Assembly (NCBI GenBank): GCA_900128585.1
Contig: LT642155.1
Coordinates: forward strand, 1 to 61,091
Reading direction: 5' to 3'
DNA length: 61,091 nucleotides
Origin: Stramenopiles sp. TOSAG23-3
Lineage: Eukaryota
Made by a program: the position numbers and the translations under genes
Notes under the pieces: generated by a model
The model's input: the letters and a program-made list of their open reading frames with translations, nothing else
Databases searched by the model: none
Told to the model about the DNA's origin: nothing
In this document: positions 11,656 to 20,600 of the stretch, one piece after another
Numbering within the stretch: the stretch's first letter is position 1
Layout of the letters: each line of letters starts with the position of its first letter

Positions 11656-11698
11656 GATAAATTTTAATTACTTAAATAACAGCCAATTTTTTGTTTTT
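11656..11698 (+). repeat. Copy of the dispersed 33-bp TIR-like element
   Basis: GATAAATTTTAATTACTTAAATAACAGCCAATTTTTTGTTTTT matches 5159-5191. Confidence 0.8.
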
Positions 11699-11806
11699 AC
11701 TACCTTTATGTACATGTGTGTGCTTTTATTTATGATAAATAATAATCGATCATCTTACCGCGCTCGTTTCTACACACCCCAACACTCAAATGCATTTGCT
11801 CCACCG

Positions 11807-12963
11807 TCACCGTCTCATCTCTTCAGGGGTTTTGCCCTCCCCGTTCTTCAAAATCTTCGATGCGTTGTTATCCAGGAGAAATTGGACCATCTCTTCGTCC
11901 CCCTCGTCGTAGGCGAGGTGCAGTGCCGTGTTTCCGCTCCGGTCTCGCTCGTTGACGCTTCCGCCCGCAGCAACGAGCATCTTGACCACACGAAGGTTAC
12001 CGCCGATGATGCTCTTGAGCAACGGCGTGCTCTTTGCGTTCGTCGCCTTCACATTGATGTCCTCGGTTTTCTCCAAGAGCATCCCAGTCATTTCTTCGCT
12101 CTTCTTTACGTAGTGGAGGGCAATCTGCCCCGCGTCGTTCCTGAGGCTAGTGTCGGCGCCTTTCTCTAATAACATTTGTACAACTTTTACATGCCCTGCC
12201 GACACGCTGGACATTAATGGGCTCCAACCGCCCTCGTCTTGCCGGTTGATCGTTTTAACCATTTTCGCCTCCGACGGGAACGAATCGAACATATACTGCA
12301 CAAGTTCGGCTAGAAGATAAAACCAGGGTGGGTTAGTTCGCCTGTCGATCGGTCGACAACAGGGGAGGGAAGGAGGGAGAGAAAAGTTTAAAAAGAAAGG
12401 GAACAAAATGTCGAGCAAGGACGGGGCGCTTTAGAAGTGGGAACCAACTAAAAACGCACGAAACCCTGCCCCAGTACTGCTATCAAACCAATACCGGCAA
12501 TTAATTTTGCGGCTTTAGAACGACTCTAAGTTTTGCACCACGACCCCGCAGTCGGCACACGAAAAGGGGGGGGGGGGCGTCGCCGTGCGTTCAGAGCGCT
12601 TTCGCGCTGTATACTAACACAAGCACTGCTCCCCACAGATCTTTTCAAGGCTTTACGGGAAGGCGGTATAGTAACACCCAGGACGATTCAAGTTCTACCG
12701 CGTCGGTCAGGAGAAAGAAAGGGGTGAGAGAGAACGAAGGAGAACGCCTCAGTCATCGGACACGTTCAAAATATTTACTTACCATGACCACCGGCGCATG
12801 CCCAATGCAACGGTGTCCGCCCATCTTCATCCTTGGACCCAGCTGTCCCACCACCACTATTGAAAAACATGCAAACCCTGGCCTTGTTTCCAGCATAAGC
12901 CGCAGCGTGCAGCGTTTCGTCCTCACCCTCTGGGACGTGAAACGCTGCTTTGGACGACGCCAT
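11807..12963 (-). CDS. PSMD10: Gankyrin/Nas6-like ankyrin-repeat proteasome assembly chaperone; exons 12963-12783 and 12309-11807
   Basis: Phase-1 intron 12782-12310 (GTAAGT...CTAAC...TTCTAG) joins DEDGRTPLHWACAGGH to AELVQY...DEGGWSPL...GNTALHLAYDE...GKTP, collinear with gankyrin. Confidence 0.85.
12406..12550 (-). ncRNA. Intronic box H/ACA snoRNA-like RNA; putative guide for the 18S pseudouridine equivalent to human U406
   Basis: Minus-strand 3' hairpin with lower stem GCAGGG/CCUUGC, pocket UUUCGU + CCCGU and upper stem GCGUUUUUAG/CUAAAGCGC. ACA lies 14 nt after the upper stem; H-box-like AAAUUA at 12507-12502. 5' end uncertain. Confidence 0.65.
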
Positions 12964-13920
12964 TCTATGTACCGTACTGGACCGTAACGCCAACCCTTCT
13001 ACGTTAATCTATCAGTCTACAACTGTTACAAATGACGACTGGCCCGTGCAATTCGACCGTTTCTCTCTGAACGTCAATCGTTCATTGCATCCATTGCTTC
13101 TTCTTTTTAATTCCTTTTCATTTTTTAGTACAAGCAAAACAGAGTCAAAAACACAAAGTATCTTCGAATTGAATTTATACTTTAAGTAAACTTATTTATA
13201 GAAATCCTATATAATAGTCCATGGTTAATATTATACAATCTATATTTATTAATCCATTTCACTATCTATAAATAGTATTATAAATACCATTTAAGTACAT
13301 TTTAAAACGAGGACATGCCACACCACCCAATTCATCCATTTCAACATGTACATAACATATACACAGCATTAAATGAAGTCGACAACCACTCATTCCAAGG
13401 ACAGCTTTCTTTTCTAAATTGAATGTACTTGATTGAATAAATTCCATATTAATTCCTTGTTTAATAATAACTATTTATAATGTATTATTGATGTCTTGTT
13501 TTGTATGATTATTATTGTATTTTTAGGAAGAAAAAGAAATAATCAAAGAAAAAGAAAGAAGCCGGAGAAGAAAGGAAGAAAGAAGCCGAAGGAAGGAAGG
13601 AAGGAAAGAAGGAGAAGGAGAAGGAAGGAGAGGTCGGGATCGGCTTTTCATTTCATTTTATTTCATTCAAATGTGATCTAATAACTAATCTGATCTAATG
13701 TAATCTAATCTTGTACGACGTTTGAATGGATACATGTGACGTGATGACTAACTCACATGTAGAATGAATAATTTCATATTTTTTTCTTTCTCGGAGGTGG
13801 GAAATCCTTTTTTTTAGTAATTAATTACAAAAAAACATTTAGAGAAAACGTTAAATTGATTTGCAGACTCGAGCTCAAGTCCCGTCTTCTCACGAAACCC
13901 AAAACCACACTACATATACA

Positions 13921-14745
13921 ATGCCTGCCCGTGAATACTCCGCCCGCAAGATCGAATACTTCGAACGCTTGACCGGTTACTTCGCAAACTACTGCCGATG
14001 CCTTATGGTTACCGCCGACAATGTCGGGTCCTTCCAGATGCAGCAAGTACGCAAAGCCCTTCGTGGCCGCGCCGTCGTTTGCTTCGGTAAGAACACCATG
14101 ATGCGCACCGTGCTCAAGAAGTTCCTTGCCGAAAACCCAGACAGCCAGTACGTAAAGATCCTTCCCCATATGACGGGCAACACTGGTCTTATCTTCACCA
14201 ACGAGAAAGACCTTGGTGCCATCAAGGACACCATCATCGACAACGTTGTACCGGCCCCAGCGAAGCAAGGAACCGTCGCCCCAGTCGACGTCTTCGTACC
14301 ACCTGGGTTGACCGGTATGGACCCGGGACAAACCGCTTTCTTCCAGGTCTTGTCCATCCCAACGAAAATTGCTCGTGGTCAAATCGAAATCATCAACGAA
14401 GTTCACCTTGTAAAGAAGGGTGAAGTGGTAACCGCTGGTGACGCCGCATTGTTGCAAAAGTTGGACATCACTCCGTTCTCGTACGGTTTGCTCGTAGCGC
14501 AAGTATACGACGACGGTGCGTTCTACTCCGCCGCAGTCCTTGACTTGTCCATGGACAACATGCGCGCCAAGTTGCACAACGCTGCCCGCCACATTGCCGC
14601 GGTCAGTTACTCCATTGCCTACCCAAGCAAGGCCTCCATCGGCCACCACATCACCAACGCGTACCAAAAGTTGTGCTGCTTGGCGTTGGAGCTTGGCGTG
14701 GAGGACTCGTTCCCCAACATGTGCAAGACCCTTGGAAAGAAGTAA
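13921..14745 (+). CDS. RPLP0: 60S acidic ribosomal protein P0 (uL10), lacking the C-terminal acidic tail
   Basis: ADNVGSFQMQQVRKALRG, GKNTMMR, TGMDPGQTAFFQ and LLQKLDITPFSYGL. Strong codon bias; 274 aa. Confidence 0.95.
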   Translation: MPAREYSARKIEYFERLTGYFANYCRCLMVTADNVGSFQMQQVRKALRGRAVVCFGKNTMMRTVLKKFLAENPDSQYVKILPHMTGNTGLIFTNEKDLGAIKDTIIDNVVPAPAKQGTVAPVDVFVPPGLTGMDPGQTAFFQVLSIPTKIARGQIEIINEVHLVKKGEVVTAGDAALLQKLDITPFSYGLLVAQVYDDGAFYSAAVLDLSMDNMRAKLHNAARHIAAVSYSIAYPSKASIGHHITNAYQKLCCLALELGVEDSFPNMCKTLGKK

Positions 14746-15076
14746 GTGCGCCCGGGCGTGGATTGTGTGTGTGCGAGGAAACTTGGCGCAGCAAGGGGGG
14801 GGGGGGTGCTGTTGTCCCTCCTTGCCCCCCAGTGCAAGATTTTGTTTTGTTTTAAAATGTTTTAAATATGGAAAAATACGTACACATTTTTACTTTTCAT
14901 GAAGGAGTACCGGAATCTGAACGCAACGCATCGATTTACAAAAGTCATCACGTTGCGACACCAAACGCTTACAAAGCTTTTACTTCATTAACTTTTCTCC
15001 ACTCTCCGGCAAGAATCGCCGCGAGCTTCCCCCACGGGAGAAACTTTTTCATTTTTTACGAATAGAAGAGGGTACA

Positions 15077-15192
15077 TAAAACAAGAAAATTGGCTGTGTT
15101 GTTTAAGTAATCAAAATTAATGTACTGCGAACTGAAATCTAGATCTAGACATTCTAGGTTTGCATTCCTTCATGAACAGCGAACTTGTCTTT
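15077..15192 (-). repeat. Inverted, diverged copy of ~110 bp of the 5044-5193 element
   Basis: Reverse complement AAAGACAAGTTCGCTGTTCATGAAGGAATGCAAAC...TCGCAGTACATTAATTTTGATTACTTAAACAACACAGCCAATTTTCTTGTTTT aligns with ~5082-5190. Confidence 0.8.
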
Positions 15193-15393
15193 GCATATAG
15201 CTCAGCATTTTTTGAATTTTCGAGTTTACCGGCGTACACAAGAAAATAAAAAAATGCATGTTGCAGGGTAGCGCCTAAAAAATATATATATAAAATACTT
15301 TTGTTTACTCTTCGGCTCACAGGACAAATCAGCCTCTGTACCTTTACTTTTTCAAAAAAAATGTTTTACAGTCTCTAACACATCTCAACGCGT

Positions 15394-16638
15394 TCAGAGT
15401 GGGCCGTCACTGTCGGAGGGGTTCTCCATTGGTTCGTTGGCGTCCGCGTCCATCACCAGCTTGATGCAGTACCGCACCGTTTTTGAACGAAAACGAGAGT
15501 AACTGTTGTCAAATTTTATCACTAGCCGGCCGGGCAATGGCGCTTTCCACGTTCCTACAAGGGTCCCCTCCGTCGCCTCTACCTTCCGGCGATCAAACAA
15601 AGTGATTGGTTCGCCGTTTTCGTTATGGAGCTGGGCGTTTACCATCACGTTCCTATCCTGGACACAGATCAAGTAGGCAATCATCGCGCCTGCCTCCGTA
15701 ACATTCAGTTGGCACTCGTTGCAAGTCCGGGCGGGGATTGTCACCGTCACGGACTCGTCGTTTTTTTTGTCCTTCGTCTTATTCAAATTTAATGTACTAG
15801 TGTCTACCTTGCCGTTTAGAAAGTCCGGTAGCCCTGCGGGGTCCACTTTTATGTAGTCCTGTATGTTCCCCGACGTCCCCGGCTCCCCATGGCCGCAGAT
15901 GGGCAGGAACGAAATCTTGCTAAAGGTCCGTTCCGACATGAATAGCTTGATCAAACGGATGCACCAATTGATGAACGTGGGGGTGTTGCATACTATTGTT
16001 TTCCCCAAAAGTTGAGGGTAAAGGTCCGTCGACACGTTCGACGACCGGCCGAGCGCCTTCGCGAAGCGGCGGTCGGACCCACCACGGAACATTCCGTAGT
16101 CATACATGTCGATTATGCTGATCATTTTCACTAGCTTGCGGCTCTCCCGGGTCTTGGCGTCGCAGATGACGTAGTCCTCCTCTTTCGTCATGAGCAAGTA
16201 CTCTTCGACCTGGTCAAAGCTCGCGTTGTCCATCAGCGAGCCTGGGCTACTGCCGTTCAGGCAGACAATGTTTATGGGGCCGCCGTCGTCCCCAAAAAGG
16301 CGAAACACGGCAATGAACTCTTTGAACTTTGCGTCGAACGGCACCGGCTTCCCCTCCAAAATATCCTTCAGGGTGGCCGCGTTCTTCCGCCTCCAGCTAA
16401 TGCTTTTCCGTATGGAGTCTTCCGCGCGCTTCAAGCCTTTGTCCGACTTGGGGTCCGCGCAGTTCGATAAAACGTAGCGCAGGATCCATATGTCGTCGTA
16501 CTTTGTGCCAGATTCAGTCTCCGGGTTACTCACCAACAGGTCTTTCAAGTTTGACTTTAAGGCTTCTATGTGCTGTTCATGGAACTCCAAGAGCTGCCCC
16601 AATTCGTCGGGTGCTTCGGTGGCGGCTAACGATGCCAT
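15394..16638 (-). CDS. Sec14/CRAL-TRIO lipid-binding protein with C-terminal GOLD domain
   Basis: DDIWILRYV...SISWRR, YPQLLGKTIVCNTP and LPDFLNG. GOLD motif PGRLVIKFDNSYSRFRSKTVRY. Confidence 0.88.
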   Translation of the reverse strand: MASLAATEAPDELGQLLEFHEQHIEALKSNLKDLLVSNPETESGTKYDDIWILRYVLSNCADPKSDKGLKRAEDSIRKSISWRRKNAATLKDILEGKPVPFDAKFKEFIAVFRLFGDDGGPINIVCLNGSSPGSLMDNASFDQVEEYLLMTKEEDYVICDAKTRESRKLVKMISIIDMYDYGMFRGGSDRRFAKALGRSSNVSTDLYPQLLGKTIVCNTPTFINWCIRLIKLFMSERTFSKISFLPICGHGEPGTSGNIQDYIKVDPAGLPDFLNGKVDTSTLNLNKTKDKKNDESVTVTIPARTCNECQLNVTEAGAMIAYLICVQDRNVMVNAQLHNENGEPITLFDRRKVEATEGTLVGTWKAPLPGRLVIKFDNSYSRFRSKTVRYCIKLVMDADANEPMENPSDSDGPL

Positions 16639-17618
16639 GGCACTTGCGTGGGTGACGTGAAACTGTTAACTAGAATACCAACTGGTCTAATCCCACGTTC
16701 GTTTCATTTCCAAATTGTTTATAATAGGGAATGCCAAAGGAGGGAATGGGTTGCCCGAACTAACGTTAGTATTCTGGTAAGAAATAAATTACACACAATC
16801 TCTGTGTTTAAATTTTGGGGGGGGGTGGTGGATGAGGAAGAATTATGAACAGGAGAATACAATGGAAGAGTGTTATAGGAACATGGAAATACAAGGAGGA
16901 AAATTATACAACAAAATTTGCATCAGCAGCCCCCTTCGTACTGGTATTCCTATCTACGAAGGCTGTTGTTGTGGAAGTCATTTGAACGTAGTCTTCGAGG
17001 AGTATAGTCTTCAAATGATGATGCTCTTCTTCTGGAAGGAAGAGTATTATATCTACTAATAAAGTAGAACGACTAACCAAATCCAATTGTTGTTGTTGGC
17101 CACTTTGACACTCACTCAACTCAACGAAGGAAGGGGCCGATGCTTTTTTCCGACTGCTTGCTGTGAGTTAGTTTTAAAATTTCATAATTTTCCGTTTCTT
17201 CTTTCCTTCATTTTTATACTTAATTCACTATATTATATTTTCCTTTTTATTCTCTTATGTACATTATTTATATATTATATAATACCTATTAATTTTGTAT
17301 ATACTAAAAAATATTTATATACAAATACCCGGTTACCGTTACCAACCAAGACCGAAATAAATTCAATGCTCTGTTTATATATTAATACTAACATACAAAT
17401 ACCATTGTAAACAAAAAAAATTGGTGAAACAATTGAAGTAGTAAGCTTTTTTGTAAAGAAGAGCTGTTTGTTTTATTCATTATTCGTTTACCAAGTTTAA
17501 GAAATGCATTCATTTACCGAGGATGATGGCGAGAAGCTTACAATCAAGAATATTTGTGTTCACTTGGAGAACGATTCAGTTTTTGTTCTGTTTTTGTGTC
17601 GTTTGGATTATTAGAAGA

Positions 17619-20600
17619 ATGCCGAAAGATAGTTCGTTCGTGCCACCGTCTCCGTCGGCGAGAGGAGGCGGCAAGAAAGGGGCAGGGGTTCGCTTGGAGC
17701 CGCTGCCACCGGGAAAGACTTCCCATGCAAAGAAGAAGAAGCCCGGGAGCTCTAGCCCGCGTGCGTTGCGCAGTTTTTTGAGAAATTTTTTGAGTGATGA
17801 TTTGGGTAGTTTTAAGACTGAGGTGGATTTGCGGGAGCATGCGAAGGATAGCGGGACCGTCATTCGAGACGTGACCGTGCAGGAAGTTGCGGATATGAAC
17901 CCGGACTTGAAGAGTTTGAGCTTGACGGGCTGCGTGGAAGTCACGGACGTGGGCATTTGGGCCTTGGCTCGGACCTGCTTTGATTTGAGGGAGTTGTTCT
18001 TGCAGGGCCTGCCGCTCGTAACGCACGTTGGCCTTCGGTCTTTGTCTTTGCGCTGCCGGGCGCTAGAGTTGATCGACTTGACGGACTGCGAGAGGGTGGA
18101 CGACATGGGGCTGCGGGTGTTGGCGGCTGGGTGCTGGAATTTGCACACCCTGAAGCTTACGAACTGTGAGCGGTGCACGGACACTGGTCTCATGGAAATA
18201 GCGCGCATGTGCCCGCAGCTGAGGGACGTTGATTTAAGAGGGTGCTACAGGGTATGCGAGTACGGGGACAAGACATTGGTAGAAATGGGCAAGAATTGTC
18301 CAGAATTAGTAAGTTTAAATTTAGACGGATGCCGGCATGTTGGAGACGGCGGCATACGTGCGCTGGCCCGTGGTTGTCAAAAGCTTCAAATTTTGACGCT
18401 GTCGGGCTGCGAACGGCTCAGTTCTCCCGCCGTTCGGGCCCTGGCCCGAGGGTGCCCGAAACTGAAAAAGCTGTATTTAAACGGCTGCAAGAACATTATG
18501 AATGGGGACCTTTGGTTTTTGATGCAAGCTTGCAAGCGCCTTCGAAAACTGGAGCTTCGGGATTGCATCAACCTGCACGCCAATGGCATGCACGCGCTGT
18601 CCGAGTGGGGGGGGAAGCTCACGGACCTGAGCTTAAGGGGGTGCGCGAGAATAGATGGCCCCGCGATAGACGCCCTGTCGGCGGGCTGCACAGCACTACT
18701 TTCATTGGACCTTTCGAACTGCCCGCGCGTTGGGCAGGAAGCGATCTCCGTCCTGACCGAGCACTGCACGCGATTGATCACCCTGAACTTGACGCGCTGC
18801 CCGAAAATAGGAGAAACTTTCTTGCGCCAAAAAGCCAACGAGCTCCCATTCGTGCAGCTGTCGCAGACTTTTCGAGGTTTCACCGGACTTCCTGATGCAC
18901 TGGAGAAGATGAAACAGGCGGAACGCTTCCGTCTGGAGACGGCGGCCGCCCTTCGGATCCAATCGGCCTGGCGCGCCTGCCTTGCCCGAGGCGGCGTTGC
19001 AGAGCTGAGGCGGTTGACAAAAATTGCCTGGGTCGTGCCACGGTTCCAGGCTGTGTTTAGGGGGTATATCACCCGCAAACACTTGAAACGGCAGCGAGAG
19101 TTGGAGGAAGAGGAGAAGGCGACTCGTTTTGTGCAGCGCATATGGCGAGGCTCCAGGGCGCGCATCGTTTTTCACGACATGAAAGTGCAGCGTGAGGTAT
19201 GGGTGTTCAGGAACCAGCAAGCTGTCCTGATGCAGAAAGTGTACCGTGGGCACAGGGGCCGGATCTACGCTGCCAGGCGCCTACACGAGCACATGGAGGG
19301 AATTCTGCGTGTCATTCGGATGAACCGCATCAAGGAGGTCGCCGCAGGGCGCATCCAGGCCTGGATGCGTGGGATATTCGGGAGGAAAGAGTACATGCGG
19401 GTCTACGAAGCACGGAAGTTGGCCATTGCGGCAGAAATTCTTCGCCAGAAGTCTTCCATCAAAATACAAACGCTGTGGCGCGGGAAAATGGCCAAGGAAG
19501 AAGCCGAGCTGCGCCGGGAGCGACTGCGGCAGCTGGCTAGGGAGGAGGCGGCTGCCCGCCAAATACAGCGCATCTACCGTGGTTTTGTGGGTCGCCAGGA
19601 GGCTGCGTACGCACGTCGTGCACGAGAGTACGAAAAGCAGATCGAGGCCGTCCTGAAGATACAGCGCGTCTGGAGGGGCGAGCGAGGCCGTCACTTGTTC
19701 GCGGTACTCAAAAGTGTGGCCATGCTAAGAGCCCATGAAAAGAAAAATTCGGAAAAGCTCCAATCTTGGTGGCGTGGAATAATGGGGCGCCGCAATTTTG
19801 CCAAGTACAAAGAGTTCGTCATGACAAAACGGTTGCGCTTGCAAGCAGTTGCGGATTTTCAACGCGTCTACCGCGGCCACAAGGGCAGGGAAGAGGCCGA
19901 GGTAAAGCAAGCGCTAAAGGCGATCGACAACCAAACGAGGCCTATGTTCGAAAAGATAAAGATGCTGGAGAAAGATTTGGGCATGGTCTCACGGGACCGA
20001 AATCGCATGGAGTCGTTCTTGAAAACGTCTGAGTCCACTATCACAGCCATTGAAGAAGAGCTGAGGGAAGTTATGCAAGTGAAGGGGGCGTTTTATGACA
20101 GTGCGAAGGTGACAGGGACGCTGCAGCGTTTTAAAACGTCGTACTTGCAATCTGCGCTGAAGGCCACCCTCGACAACATCAAAGCCAGGGCAGAAGTCGA
20201 AGCCAGGGCGCTCACACAAGTTGAGCGTTCTCAACACGAGCTGGAAAAGGCTATTCGAATCCAGGAACGCAAGCTTAAACCGTTGCTGCGTAATGTTGAG
20301 TTCGACGTCCGCGAGCATCGCCACGTACGACTACGCAAGCAAGTGCGAGACAGGCAGCGCGGGGCGACGATGCTGCAGAAACTGTTCAGAGGGCACCGCG
20401 TTCGCGGCGCCATCGGCCGCTGTGGAGGTGTCAACTATTGGATCGAGGCGGTTGACGACGATGGGTTGCCGTACTTCTTTAACACGTGGTCACAAGAGCG
20501 TGAGGACACGATGCCTTTCGAAATGGTGTTGTTCGGAGATATCGGTGGGAAAGGGAGCAAGGCGGCCGGCACGCGGTCCACGAAGCCAGCTGTGGACGGT

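Noticed and set aside
12310-12782. Intronic RNA as telomerase RNA or U17/snR30
   Set aside because: No telomeric template on the sense strand and no m1/m2 motifs in the 3' hairpin.
13731-13761. TACATGTGA/TCACATGTA inverted repeat with GTGATGA upstream of RPLP0 as a C/D snoRNA
   Set aside because: No D box or guide sequence at a suitable distance; at most a promoter element.
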